A DNA stretch of 60,473 nt, the filler included. It is 3 parts of 3 records of this genome, joined end to end, with 100 filler letters (N's around TTAATTAATTAA, not from the genome) between each part and the next. Parts side by side here need not be neighbours in the genome. Positions count along the whole stretch, not along the records: positions 1 to 20,742 come from DRR723986_1725; 2 more parts are not named here. One strand, written 5' to 3'. The notes under the pieces are model-generated. The model ran no database searches, was not told the DNA's origin, and worked only from the letters and a program-made list of their open reading frames with translations. The translations under genes and the position numbers were made by a program. This document shows positions 1-10,406 of the stretch, piece after piece. Positions within the stretch are counted from its first letter, which is position 1; each line of letters opens with the position of its first letter.

Positions 1-61
1 ATTTGAACCGACGACCCCTTCACCCCCAGTGAAGTGCGCTACCAGGCTGCGCTACTGCCCG
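1..61 (-). tRNA. tRNA-Pro(GGG), 3' end cut off by the window edge
   Basis: Reverse complement reads CGGGCAGTAGCGCAGCCTGGTAGCGCA-CTTCA-CT-GGG-GG-TGAAG-GGGTCGTCGGTTCAAAT: D-arm, anticodon stem CTTCA/TGAAG around GGG, and T-loop GGTTCAAAT. Confidence 0.95.
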
Positions 62-140
62 AACGGACCCTACCTAGCTTGTTCGCATGCCAAGCGCAAG
101 CAGGTTGTTGTGCTTCTTTGGAGGCTTTTCCAGACATCTG

Positions 141-1400
141 TTACTTGCGGTAGGGGAAGGCGGGAACCGGTCGTGCAGGGCGGCCATGGCCGAGCTTTTC
201 AGCGGCAATCAAGCCCCAGGCCAGGCCGTACAGCATATACATGTGCCGCCAGTGGTCGGTGTCGATGATCACCGACAGGATAAGATGCGCGGTAAACACC
301 GCGAAGACGGATTGGGTAAAGGCGGTCCACGGGCGGGCTTTGAACAGGAGCGGCACCAGCGCACAGAAGGTCCATAGCGCCATCAGAATGTAGATCGAGC
401 CGCCGAGCCAGCCGTAGGTCGTGTAGCCTTTCAGATAGACGTTGTGTTCGTCTTCCGGGAAATACTTGTTGAACTCCAGCGGGCCAAGCCCGAGCGGGTG
501 TTCCATCACCAGCTGAAAGCCGAGCGAGTAGCGGGCGAAACGGCCAAGGCGGGCACCGTCGTAGGATTGTACGAGCTTTGCCCGTTCTGCGAACATGTCG
601 GCGACCGTATCGACCGAAAGTGCCGCCCCGATCAGTGCAAAGACGGCAAGAATGCCGATTACGCCGAGAAGCACCAGGCGCGCCCGGCGGGCAGCGGCCT
701 TTTCGGTGACGAGCGCCAGGAAATAGACCAGCAGCACCGATGCCGACAGCACACCCCAGGCACCGCGTGAAAAACTCAGGAAGACGCCGAGCAGCAGGAC
801 GGCAAGCGGCACCAAAAGGTGCAGGTTACGCAGCACCGATTGCCGGAGCAGCTTCTGGATCAGAAGCACCGTCGGCAGCACCAGGAACGGACCGAACACG
901 TTGGGGTCCTGGAAAGTGCCACGAGCTCGATCGTAGAGCGTGAAATAGGACGCGCCGGGGAAAAGCTGAAAGTAACCGGCAACGCCTATGGCAGCCACAA
1001 GCACGGCGCTGGCGATATAGCCGCTCTGGATGACCCTGAACCTGCCGGGGTCTTCCGCGATAATGGCGGCATAGAAGATTGCCGTGATTGCCAGAAAGCC
1101 GGAAACGGCGATGTACATGATGGCATCGCCCATCTCCTTGGCCATGGGAATGGAGGCGACGCCGCCTGCAATGTAAAGCATCAGGCAGATGATCAGCGGA
1201 CCGAATTCACAGCGAAGTTTCAGGCCGCAGGCAAGCCAGACGACCGAAAGCAGTGCCATGTAGAGTTCGTAAGGTGCAGGCTCCTCGATAACGAACCCGG
1301 ACAGAAAGGCTGCAAGCCACAGTGCGCCGTTGCCCAGGCTCCTGGCCTGAAGACCGATAGGCGCGCGTGCATGAGGCGTGCCGCCAAAATGGTCGGTCAC
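141..1400 (-). CDS. uppF: O-antigen ligase/Wzy-like polysaccharide polymerase (UppF-like)
   Basis: Polytopic membrane protein with RARGTFQDPN, SFSRGAW and HNVYLK motifs; GTG at 1400 lies just after the uppE-like stop; ortholog call rests on gene order. Confidence 0.8.
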   Translation of the reverse strand: MTDHFGGTPHARAPIGLQARSLGNGALWLAAFLSGFVIEEPAPYELYMALLSVVWLACGLKLRCEFGPLIICLMLYIAGGVASIPMAKEMGDAIMYIAVSGFLAITAIFYAAIIAEDPGRFRVIQSGYIASAVLVAAIGVAGYFQLFPGASYFTLYDRARGTFQDPNVFGPFLVLPTVLLIQKLLRQSVLRNLHLLVPLAVLLLGVFLSFSRGAWGVLSASVLLVYFLALVTEKAAARRARLVLLGVIGILAVFALIGAALSVDTVADMFAERAKLVQSYDGARLGRFARYSLGFQLVMEHPLGLGPLEFNKYFPEDEHNVYLKGYTTYGWLGGSIYILMALWTFCALVPLLFKARPWTAFTQSVFAVFTAHLILSVIIDTDHWRHMYMLYGLAWGLIAAEKLGHGRPARPVPAFPYRK

Positions 1401-1405
1401 AAGGC

Positions 1406-3013
1406 TCAATAAGCGTTCTCCGTATTGAGCAACCGGAAGGGCGTCTGGATCAGGATTTTCAGGTCGAACAGGATCGACCAGTTCTCGATGTAGTAGACAT
1501 CGCACTCCACGCGCTTCTGGATCTTTTCCGGTGTATCGACTTCACCGCGCCAGCCGTTGATCTGCGCGTAGCCGGTCACGCCCGGCTTGACCTTGTGCCG
1601 CGCGAAGTAACCGTCAACGACGTCGTCCCAGGTCTTGTTGTTGGTATGGGCGTTGACAGCATGCGGGCGAGGTCCGACGAGCGACAGGCTGCCGCCGAGA
1701 ACGTTGAAAAGCTGCGGTAATTCATCAATCGAAGTCTTGCGGATAAAGCGTCCGACCCTGGTCACGCGGGGATCACCCTTGGTCACCACCTTCTTGGCGT
1801 CCGGATCGGCCATTTCCGTGTACATGGACCGGAACTTCAGAATTTCGATGATCTCGTTGTTGAAGCCGTAGCGTTTCTGCCTGAACAGGACCGGCCCCTT
1901 GCTGTCCAGCTTCACGGCGATGGCAGCGGCGATCATGACCGGCAGCAGCGTGATGATGGCAAGCGAAGCGAAGACAAGGTCGAAGATCCGCTTGGCCACC
2001 ATGTCCCAATCGGCTATCGGCTTTTCGACCACGTCGACAAATGGAACCGTACCGATGAAGCTCGATCCGCGGTTACGAAAGCGAACCTTGTCGGTGTGGG
2101 CAGAAAGCCGGATGTCGACCGGCAGAACCCAGAGTTTTTTCAAAAGCTCCAGCACCCTTTGCTCTGCGCGCAAGGGAATGCAGACAATGAGCATGTCGAT
2201 GCGTGCCAGACGGGCGAATTCGACCAGCGCACTGATATTGCCGAGTTTCGGATAGCCGGCCACCACTGGTGGCGAACGTTCGTTGTTCCGGTCATCGAAA
2301 ATACCGCAAATGCGGATGTCGTTGTCCGGTTGGGCTTCCAGGTCGTGGATCAGTTCCTGGGCGGCCGTGCCGCCGCCGACGATGATCGCGCGCCGTTCCA
2401 GGCGACCGGACTTCATCCAGTGACGCACCAGCCGATAGACAATGAAGCGTGACAGGCAAAGGCCGGTCAGGCTTATCGCGAACCAGGCGCCGATCCAGGT
2501 ATCTGACAGTTCCGTGCCGATGCCTGTTGTGGTGCGCAGAAGCGCGAACATGGCGAACACGAGCGTCCAGCCGGCGGCAACGCGTCCGATCTGCGACAGA
2601 CCCTGGCGCATGACCGGAACCTGATAGACGTCTGCGGCCTGAAAAAAGGCGAGCGCAAACAGGATGGCGGCGCCAGTGACAAACAGGTTGCCAAGTCCGA
2701 AACCAGCCGCTTCGGGACTGGTAAAGACTGCGAACAGGGCCGTGCCAGCGATCAGAAGTACATCCGTGAGACGCACCATACCGGTGAGAACGGTAACGGA
2801 AACGCCCTTGCCACCTAAGCCTTGAGCAATTTCAAAGGCGTCGGCCGAAAGGCTGGTGTTGGCGGCGGACAGAACCTCGACGTTGCTTTGGCCCGTCGCG
2901 CCATGAACGGTATGTCTGAAATGCTTTTCCAATCTGTGCCCCAAAGCGGATGTCCCGCCCGCAACAGGCTTCGCTTCGACCGCATCAGAGGGTTTAAAAA
3001 CTGGGGTATTCAT
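1406..3013 (-). CDS. uppE: Undecaprenyl-phosphate glucose phosphotransferase (WcaJ/UppE family)
   Basis: KRIFD, KFRSM, RKTSIDELPQLFNVL, SLVGPRP and VKPGVTG sugar-transferase motifs; N-terminal TM helices. Confidence 0.92.
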   Translation of the reverse strand: MNTPVFKPSDAVEAKPVAGGTSALGHRLEKHFRHTVHGATGQSNVEVLSAANTSLSADAFEIAQGLGGKGVSVTVLTGMVRLTDVLLIAGTALFAVFTSPEAAGFGLGNLFVTGAAILFALAFFQAADVYQVPVMRQGLSQIGRVAAGWTLVFAMFALLRTTTGIGTELSDTWIGAWFAISLTGLCLSRFIVYRLVRHWMKSGRLERRAIIVGGGTAAQELIHDLEAQPDNDIRICGIFDDRNNERSPPVVAGYPKLGNISALVEFARLARIDMLIVCIPLRAEQRVLELLKKLWVLPVDIRLSAHTDKVRFRNRGSSFIGTVPFVDVVEKPIADWDMVAKRIFDLVFASLAIITLLPVMIAAAIAVKLDSKGPVLFRQKRYGFNNEIIEILKFRSMYTEMADPDAKKVVTKGDPRVTRVGRFIRKTSIDELPQLFNVLGGSLSLVGPRPHAVNAHTNNKTWDDVVDGYFARHKVKPGVTGYAQINGWRGEVDTPEKIQKRVECDVYYIENWSILFDLKILIQTPFRLLNTENAY

Positions 3014-4242
3014 TATCGGTTGCTCGATCTGGCAAGAACAGTCTGCGCACGCGGCACGGCTGAAACACTATCAGCTTGGGCCGGTGTCGAGCTATCGGTC
3101 GGGGCGATGCCCTGGATTTCCTGGTAGAGGGTGGTGATTCTGTCGTTCATGAGGTCGACCGAGAAAGTCTCTGCAAGGCAGCTGCGCAGGTTTTTTGCCT
3201 GCTGTGCCATCTTGGCGGGGTCTGCAAGTGCTTCTTCCATGGCCGTGGTCAGTTTGCCGATATGGCCTGGTTCCACCAGCCGATTGGCATAACGGCCAAA
3301 TATTTCCGGAATGCCGCCGACGCGTGTTGCGATCAGCGGACGTTCTGCCGCCACGGTCTCCAGGATGATATAGGGCATGGCTTCGGCGCGTGATGGAACA
3401 ACGACGTTCCTGGCAAGCTTGAAGGCTTCCCGAGCGGGAAGGGCACCATGGAACGTGATTGCGCCGTCGAACCCCAGCTTCCTCACCATGTTACGATACC
3501 GCTCTTCGTCCGGGCCTTCACCAACGATGTGAGCCTTGGGCGCGGTGCCGTTCTTCAGGCGAATGTTGTAAAGCGCTTCAATGAAAAGGTCCGGTCCCTT
3601 CAGGTCTCGCAGCATTCCGATATAAAGGAAATCGGCGGCTGCTTCATCCACCGGAACGGGGGTGAATTCGTCCGGTGTCAGCCCGTTGTAGACAATGCGC
3701 GAACGCGCCTTCGTGTGACCGACCTTGCTTTCGTAGGCTGCGGCTTCGTAGTCGGACACAAAGATCAGCCCGTCGGTCAGGCGGCCAAGAAGCCGTTCCA
3801 GCGTGTGGTAAACCCGGCCTTCGAAGCGATTGGGATCATAGTGCAGGCTGCCGCCATGAGGGCAATAGACACGGGCGGCTTTCTGGCCGCGCAGGCGCAG
3901 AACGCTGCCGATCAGGCGCGCATAGGCGCCACCTTTTGCCCCGTGTCCATGCAGGATGTCGGGTTTCAGGTCCCGGATGTGCTTGTAAAGGGAAACAGTT
4001 GCCGTCAGATCCTGTACGGTCAGCTGACGTTGCATGGGAAAGCGTGCAATACCAAGAGCTAGCCTCGGCTTCAGCTCTTCAAGAAGCCGATTGTCGAAAG
4101 CACTGCCCGTGTTGCTGTCACATACGAGGCCGACATCGTGTCCCGCTTCCGACTGGCAGATGGCCAGATCCCGGATATGGCGGAAAATGCCGCCAATGGG
4201 CGAGCGCACGCAATGCACGATCCGCATGGGGGTCGTTGTCAT
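3013..4242 (-). CDS. uppD: GT4 family glycosyltransferase (UppD-like)
   Basis: GGIFRHI, HGHGAKGG and PSRAEAMPYIILE motifs; 1-nt overlap with the uppE-like start. Confidence 0.88.
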   Translation of the reverse strand: MTTTPMRIVHCVRSPIGGIFRHIRDLAICQSEAGHDVGLVCDSNTGSAFDNRLLEELKPRLALGIARFPMQRQLTVQDLTATVSLYKHIRDLKPDILHGHGAKGGAYARLIGSVLRLRGQKAARVYCPHGGSLHYDPNRFEGRVYHTLERLLGRLTDGLIFVSDYEAAAYESKVGHTKARSRIVYNGLTPDEFTPVPVDEAAADFLYIGMLRDLKGPDLFIEALYNIRLKNGTAPKAHIVGEGPDEERYRNMVRKLGFDGAITFHGALPAREAFKLARNVVVPSRAEAMPYIILETVAAERPLIATRVGGIPEIFGRYANRLVEPGHIGKLTTAMEEALADPAKMAQQAKNLRSCLAETFSVDLMNDRITTLYQEIQGIAPTDSSTPAQADSVSAVPRAQTVLARSSNR

Positions 4243-4348
4243 GATGCAGTATCCCTGTTGCTACCCCCAGGTTTCTTGTCGAACCTGTGGGGCACTGAAA
4301 CTGCACCCTAACAAAGGGAGGTGAGTCCACAGTTAACTTGGCGGGACC

Positions 4349-4906
4349 CTAAAAATAACGCTCACGGACGTAAATTGTATCACCGGGACGCACCGGGTCC
4401 GAAATGGGCACACGGCCGTTTAGAATTTCACCGTTGAGCTGTCGGGTGATATCCACATCTGACTGCAGCGCCCGCGAACTGAATCCGCCTGCTGTTGCGA
4501 TGGCGTTTTGAACGGTCATGCCGGCAACGTAATTATATTGGCCTGCATTTTGCACTTCACCCATCACGAAGATCGGACGATAGGTATCGACCTCCACCGA
4601 GACGTCCGGATCGCGGATATAGCCCTGACGCAGCTTGGCCGAAATTTCGGATGCCAGACCTTGCTGGGTCTTGCCGCGCGCAGCGACGCTGCCGACCAGC
4701 GGGAAGGAAATATATCCTGCTTGATCAACGACATAAGTATTGGACAGGTCATCCTGGCCGAACACGATAATGCGCAGCTTATCGCTTGAGTCCAAACGAT
4801 AAGGCTGGGTCAGTGTTTCGTGAAACGCTGTCGGCGGCTGTCTGTACCCGCTGCATGCAGCAAGGCCCAGGCACAAGCCCAGGACAACAAGCGCTCTCGT
4901 TCGCAT
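4349..4906 (-). CDS. uppC: Polysaccharide export outer-membrane lipoprotein (Wza/UppC family)
   Basis: Lipobox LAAC after MRTRALVV; YRL..DKL poly_export motif, SLBB region and PGDTIYVRERYF end. Confidence 0.9.
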   Translation of the reverse strand: MRTRALVVLGLCLGLAACSGYRQPPTAFHETLTQPYRLDSSDKLRIIVFGQDDLSNTYVVDQAGYISFPLVGSVAARGKTQQGLASEISAKLRQGYIRDPDVSVEVDTYRPIFVMGEVQNAGQYNYVAGMTVQNAIATAGGFSSRALQSDVDITRQLNGEILNGRVPISDPVRPGDTIYVRERYF

Positions 4907-5103
4907 CAACGACTCTCCTACAATTCGGAGACAGGATCGCGCTTTATGGTTAATTGAGGGTGAAGAGGAAAAAAGACCTGTCCGACACCCTGTCAAATTT
5001 GCGCATGCATTAATTAACAGGGCGTCCCCGGAGACTGTAACCAGCTTAACCGAACGCTTACCATAATTCGACATAGTTTGCCGGTATCTTGGAGTTTCAA
5101 AAG

Positions 5104-7578
5104 ATGAATGCTGAGCGGCAGACACATTCCGAAGACGATATGGCGCTGGATCTGGGTGGTCTGTTGCGGACGATCGGCCGATCCCTGGGGTGGCTTGTGC
5201 CACTCACGCTCTTCGTCACCGTTGTCGTCTTTCTGGGGCTCCAGTTCGTAGCGCCCAAATACAAGGGCGAAGCGCGCCTCATCATCGAGAGCACGGACAA
5301 TCTGCCCGGTGCATCGCGAGGGCAGGAAGAAGAGCGAGCGCTGCTCGACAGCGAAGGTGTTGTCAGCCAAGTTCAACTGCTCAAGTCCGCTGATCTGGCA
5401 CGTCGTGTCGCGAACAAGCTCAACCTTGCTGCGATCCCGGAATTCGATGCCAATGACGATGGAAGCCTCGTCAATCTCCTGCTGTCTCTGGTCGGGTTCG
5501 GAAACGAAACCGAAGGTAATAGCGAGGAAGAGCGGGTCCTCAAGCATTATTACGAGAACCTCGAAATCTATCGGCTGGAAGGGTCCCGCGTCATCGCGGT
5601 TGACTACACCGCCGAAAGTCCGGTTCTGGCGGCAAAGGTCGCCAATACGATTGTTGATGAGTATCTGTCGGTTCAATCCAGCGCAAAACGGCAGACGACC
5701 GAGCAGGCCTCCGCTGCGCTGGAGCCTCAGATTGTCGAATTGCGCCGGGAAGTTCAGGCAGCCCGGCAGGCGGTATCGGATTTTCGCGCCCGGGCCGACC
5801 TTTTGATCGGTGCCGACAATATCCCGCTCAACCAGCAGCAACTTGCCGAAACGAGTACCGCTTACTCCGACGCCCAATCCTCCAAGGCCGAGGCGCAGGC
5901 CAAAGCCGACCTCATTCGCGAGTTGCTTAATTCGGGCGGTTCTCTTGAGACTGCCAGCGATGTGCTGAATTCCGCACTCATTCAGCGTCTGCGGGAGCGT
6001 CAGGTCGAAATTCAGTCCAACATTGCCGAACTCTCAATCACACTGTTGCCCAACCACCCGCAACTGAAGGCGCTTCAATCTCAGCTTGGTGATTACGACC
6101 GGCAAATCCGATCGGAAGCACGCAAGATCCTGCAGGGTCTGGAAAACGATGCGAAGGTGCAAGACCAGCGCGCAAAAGCGCTAGGGGCACGCCTTGAGGA
6201 GCTGAAGACGGCTGCGGCAAAATCCAACGCCGATCAGGCAAGGCTCGCGGAACTGGAGCGCGAAGCCAATGCCAAGGCGGCGCAACTTGACCAGCTTCTG
6301 TTGAGTTTCCAGGAAGCTGATTCCCGCTTGCGTGCACAGGTTCTGCCTGCCGATGCCAGGATCATTTCCCGTGCCAGCGTGCCGGTAGAACCGGATTCGC
6401 CCAAAATCATTGCCAGCACCATCATTGCTGCGCTTGTCACTTTTATTCTCGGATGTGCCTTTGTGCTCATGCGCGAATTTCTGAACGGCAATGCGCTCTA
6501 TCGGATGCAGGATGGTTCATCTGAAGGGCCGCGCGTTGCACCGCGCATGGATGAGCGGCCGCAATCAGGGCCTCAGGATACCGTGCAGGCTGAAAACCCA
6601 GGTTGGGGCGGCGGCTACGGTCAGACCGTTGCCAGCTACAGGATCGATCCCGGCGAGTGGAGCAAAGCCGACATGCTTCGCGACACGGAACCAAGCGTCC
6701 CTGAAACAGCCGTTAGCATTGATGAACCTACCGAAGAAACGGTTCCTGAGCAGCCCCCGGAACCCCAACCCCAACCCCAGGCCTCGGAAAAGACACAGCG
6801 GCCAAAGGGACGCATCGGGATCCTGTCCGGCAAGCTTCGTGGTCGCAAAATGAAGACCGGCTACGATCACGATGTCAGCCCGGACTGGGTGGGGGACATG
6901 CGGGGTTCGAAGGAAGCCGAAACAGAGGTTCCAGGCGCGGAAGTCGCTCCTGTTCCTGTGGTTTCAGCCAGCAAGACAAGCAGACAAGCAAAGCGGGAAG
7001 AGCAGCTCAAGACAACGCACGCGGACGATGTCGAAGCGGCGGGACGCGTTGTAGTGCTCAGCGTCGATGATGAGGCGCTATCTCACGAACTCGCTTTCGA
7101 CCTGATCCGGAAGGCGGCCGGACGTGGCCAGTCTTCTCTCATCATGGAAGTCTTTCCCGATCAGACCAACCTGAAGGGGGCCGAAGGGTTCTCCGACATC
7201 GTCGCCGGAACGGCGCCTTTCGCCAAGGTGGTCTATCGCGATGCCGGATCAAAGGCGCATATCATTGAGGCCGGGCGGGTTGAGATCACGGACGAAATGG
7301 TGAACTCGGAACGTTTCAAGCTCGCTCTTGAAGCAATCAAGTCGACCTATGAAACCGTGGTTGTCGATCTTGGCGCCATCGATGGGTCGCTGGCGAGTGC
7401 CCGTATGTTGAGTTTCGCGGACAGGGTATTGATTGCAGCATCGGCGCCAGACCACGGCCACGAACTGCAAAGTGCGGCCAATCTTCTGGCACATAACACA
7501 GGCGCGAAGGTCGAAGTCGTGATTTCTGGTGGAACCGGACCGGGGCCGCGCAGAAACGGCGACGGGCACGCCGCCTGA
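5104..7578 (+). CDS. uppB: Polysaccharide co-polymerase (Wzc/GumC/UppB-like) with a degenerate kinase domain
   Basis: N-terminal TM, periplasmic coiled coil, ASVPVEPDSPK Pro motif plus second TM, C-terminal P-loop-like fold; GGAG upstream of ATG 5104. Confidence 0.85.
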   Translation: MNAERQTHSEDDMALDLGGLLRTIGRSLGWLVPLTLFVTVVVFLGLQFVAPKYKGEARLIIESTDNLPGASRGQEEERALLDSEGVVSQVQLLKSADLARRVANKLNLAAIPEFDANDDGSLVNLLLSLVGFGNETEGNSEEERVLKHYYENLEIYRLEGSRVIAVDYTAESPVLAAKVANTIVDEYLSVQSSAKRQTTEQASAALEPQIVELRREVQAARQAVSDFRARADLLIGADNIPLNQQQLAETSTAYSDAQSSKAEAQAKADLIRELLNSGGSLETASDVLNSALIQRLRERQVEIQSNIAELSITLLPNHPQLKALQSQLGDYDRQIRSEARKILQGLENDAKVQDQRAKALGARLEELKTAAAKSNADQARLAELEREANAKAAQLDQLLLSFQEADSRLRAQVLPADARIISRASVPVEPDSPKIIASTIIAALVTFILGCAFVLMREFLNGNALYRMQDGSSEGPRVAPRMDERPQSGPQDTVQAENPGWGGGYGQTVASYRIDPGEWSKADMLRDTEPSVPETAVSIDEPTEETVPEQPPEPQPQPQASEKTQRPKGRIGILSGKLRGRKMKTGYDHDVSPDWVGDMRGSKEAETEVPGAEVAPVPVVSASKTSRQAKREEQLKTTHADDVEAAGRVVVLSVDDEALSHELAFDLIRKAAGRGQSSLIMEVFPDQTNLKGAEGFSDIVAGTAPFAKVVYRDAGSKAHIIEAGRVEITDEMVNSERFKLALEAIKSTYETVVVDLGAIDGSLASARMLSFADRVLIAASAPDHGHELQSAANLLAHNTGAKVEVVISGGTGPGPRRNGDGHAA

Positions 7579-7611
7579 GGAAGATGTTGGCGACAGTTGG
7601 TCGCCAACTGT

Positions 7612-8790
7612 CTAACTGTTGCCGGCGATACCAGCTTTCATCTTGCGCAAACGCCGGATCAGCGGCCACAGGATCGATGAATTGCGGACGTGGGTTTTGG
7701 CTTTCAGCCTTGCGGCCTCCAGGCGCATGCGCAGAGCCCCTTTCCAGGTCATCGCCAAAAGGCTGTCCTTCAAAGGCACTGGTTCCGCCCACGTGGTCTT
7801 GTAGCGTTCCTCGCCTAGGCCGAGGTCCAGTGTGTCGATGGTCGGATCACCGCACGCCCGTTCGATGATTTCCTTGATCAGGACCAGCCCTGGACTGTTG
7901 GGCAGCATGTCGTCATGAGCAACGCTGTTGCTGTAGGCATAAAGCGTCTTGCCATGCTGGGCGCACAGATAGGTGGCCCTGATCCGGTCTCCCGCTTCCA
8001 GGTACCAGAGATCCAGGGGATGAGCGCCGTGATCTTGCGCACTGCCCGTTGCATCCAGTCCAATCACGCTGGACAGGAAGGTCTTCGCTGGGGGCGCCGA
8101 AAAAACATTCGGAATGCCCGCTTCCCTTGCCCTGACCGAACGTTGTTCAAGAAAGGCATCAAAGCCACGTTGCCTGTCGACAGGGGAGGTGGCTTTGGCA
8201 ATCGTGTAATTACCGGCTGCCTGAAGATGTCGTTCCTTGCGAAGCAGGTTCTTGCGTGAGGACTTGCTGTGTGTGTCGTTGAACAACTGTCCGAAATCGG
8301 AGGGCAGAGCGCGGGCGAAAACAGGGCTCGGGCTTGATGTCGCTCCTTTGAATACCAGCGGATGGTCTCGCCCTAGCCAGGTCTCCGGAACGTTTTCAAG
8401 CTTGAGGAGATCAGCACCGACCTGTTTGCAGACGGCAGACAGGTGGCTTTTCATCTCGTCTGCCGTGGCACCTCGGTAGAAATCGGCGTGCCAGAGGCCC
8501 GTATTCTGGTTGCCATTCTGGTGGCCGAGAAACGTCAGCGCAGAGGTTCCAGCAGACCGTTCAAGTTGCAGTGGCAGCAGAAAAACCGCCTGACCGCGAC
8601 ACCGTCCGACAACGATCACCGGCGTGCAATTCAGGCTCTGGCCGACTGTCTCGAACCAGCTGCAAAGCCAGCCAGGAGACTGGTATGGATTACTGTGCAG
8701 CACATCCTTTAGTTGTTGCCAGTCAGCCTGTGCTTCGCTAAGCCTCGTGAATATGGACAATTCAAGGTCTGTTGAGGACACGGTGCTCAC
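7612..8790 (-). CDS. uppA: GNAT acetyltransferase, CelD/BcsL type (UppA-like)
   Basis: PYQSPGW, SPGLVL and LDLGLGEERYK motifs of Acetyltransf_6 proteins. Confidence 0.85.
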   Translation of the reverse strand: MSTVSSTDLELSIFTRLSEAQADWQQLKDVLHSNPYQSPGWLCSWFETVGQSLNCTPVIVVGRCRGQAVFLLPLQLERSAGTSALTFLGHQNGNQNTGLWHADFYRGATADEMKSHLSAVCKQVGADLLKLENVPETWLGRDHPLVFKGATSSPSPVFARALPSDFGQLFNDTHSKSSRKNLLRKERHLQAAGNYTIAKATSPVDRQRGFDAFLEQRSVRAREAGIPNVFSAPPAKTFLSSVIGLDATGSAQDHGAHPLDLWYLEAGDRIRATYLCAQHGKTLYAYSNSVAHDDMLPNSPGLVLIKEIIERACGDPTIDTLDLGLGEERYKTTWAEPVPLKDSLLAMTWKGALRMRLEAARLKAKTHVRNSSILWPLIRRLRKMKAGIAGNS

Positions 8791-8980
8791 CTCGCGCCAG
8801 GGCGCGTGAAAGACAGGCTGAAACGGTTATTGAAAATCGGATAAACCATTTTGAACGAACATGAAGGAAAGACAGGACGTCGCGCTGGCAGATCAAGCTA
8901 AGTCTCGATAGATTTAGCAATAATTGTTAAAGAAACCGTGCCTAACTGGCACATTCTAGCAAGGTGGGCATTTCGGCCAC

Positions 8981-10081
8981 ATGGGCATGCGGCACAAGAC
9001 GGTAACACGCGCATTCAGTGTACTTAAGGGAACGGGGCTTGGCCGTATGCTGGCACCGTTCACCCAGGGCTGTGGTGCCGTGTTTATGATGCACCATGTC
9101 CGGTCGGCCCGCTCCGATGCTTTCCAGCCGAACCGTCACCTGGAAATCACGCCCGAATTTCTGAAGCTCGCGGTCGAGCGGATTAGGGCAAACGGCTATG
9201 AAATCATATCGATGGATGAAGCCGTCGACCTGCTCAAGTCCGGTTACGGGCACCGCCGTTATGCAGTTCTGACTTTCGATGACGGGTACCGGGACAATCT
9301 GTCTGTCGCCTACCCGATATTGAAGGAACTGGAAGCTCCTTTCACCGTGTTCGTCACAACCGGGCTGATCGACCGGACCAGCGAACTGTGGTGGCTGGCC
9401 CTTGAGAAGATCATCGCAGACAACGATGAAGTGGTCTTTACTGCGGCAGGCAATTCAGCCGGCATCCCGTGCAGAACACTTGCAGAAAAAAACGCGTGTT
9501 TCGAAAAGATCGTCGATCATCTGACACTGGAGGTCGGCGAAGGAGATCAGCGCAAGATCATCCGGGCGCTTGCTGAAAGATACGGCGTCGACCTGAAAGC
9601 CCTGGCGGACGGGCAGATGATGACGTGGGACGAGACCCGCCAACTGGCTGGCGATCCACTGGTTACCATTGGTGCCCACACCCACGATCATTTTGCCATG
9701 GCGCGGTTGAACGCAGATGCCGCCTGTGAAGATGTGACCAGGGGCCTTGAGCGGCTGGAGAAAGAACTCGGCCGCAGGCCGAAGCACTTTGCCTATCCGT
9801 ATGGAAAATCGCACGCGGTTACACCGCGCGATGCGGATATCTTGCGGGAGATCGGATTTGCCTCGTCTGTGACGACGCTTCCCGGTGTGCTTCAATCCGT
9901 CAACGCGCGCGACCCGATGATGCTGCCACGCGTCTCCCTGAACGGCCGGTTTCAAGACCCGGCTGTTGTCGACCAGTACCTGACGGGGGCGCCCTTTGCG
10001 CTTTACCGGGTTGCCCGGTGGGCTGCCAACGGGTTTGGTGTCAGGTCCGGCTTTTCCCGCCTCTTTCCATCCACCAGATAA
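8981..10081 (+). CDS. Polysaccharide deacetylase (CE4/NodB domain)
   Basis: LTFDDGYRDN, IGAHTHDH and FAYPYG motifs. Confidence 0.92.
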   Translation: MGMRHKTVTRAFSVLKGTGLGRMLAPFTQGCGAVFMMHHVRSARSDAFQPNRHLEITPEFLKLAVERIRANGYEIISMDEAVDLLKSGYGHRRYAVLTFDDGYRDNLSVAYPILKELEAPFTVFVTTGLIDRTSELWWLALEKIIADNDEVVFTAAGNSAGIPCRTLAEKNACFEKIVDHLTLEVGEGDQRKIIRALAERYGVDLKALADGQMMTWDETRQLAGDPLVTIGAHTHDHFAMARLNADAACEDVTRGLERLEKELGRRPKHFAYPYGKSHAVTPRDADILREIGFASSVTTLPGVLQSVNARDPMMLPRVSLNGRFQDPAVVDQYLTGAPFALYRVARWAANGFGVRSGFSRLFPSTR

Positions 10082-10256
10082 TCGCGCCTGCCGGGATGAC
10101 CCAGGCCAGACCTGCGATACCGAAGTAGATGAAGCGGACCAGGTTCGAGGACTGCTGCAATGTCAGGTCGCCGATCACCATCGCGGTGAGGGCGTAGACC
10201 ACCACAAAAACAACCAGCAGCACCATGCCGATAAACTTGCGAAACGAGGGAACCAT
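10041..10256 (-). CDS. Small membrane protein, DUF2842-like
   Basis: RKFIGM...VYAL...GLAWVIPA two-TM pattern; ATG at 10256; 3' end overlaps the deacetylase gene. Confidence 0.75.
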   Translation of the reverse strand: MVPSFRKFIGMVLLVVFVVVYALTAMVIGDLTLQQSSNLVRFIYFGIAGLAWVIPAGAIIWWMERGGKSRT

Positions 10257-10406
10257 TGTCGGGCGTGTCCGTTGACCGTGTGTGAATCCGCGCGATGAGG
10301 GACCTTTTGCCGCAAAACGTCCCGGACCGCTTGCCGTCTTGCTCCTGCACCTATATCTCCGCAAGCCAAAGGTCAAACTCACGATAAGAATTTCCGGAAG
10401 CGGCTC

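Noticed and set aside
1..140. tRNA-Pro as an island integration site
   Set aside because: No integrase or direct repeat is visible, the tRNA 3' end is outside the window, and the neighbouring upp genes look native.
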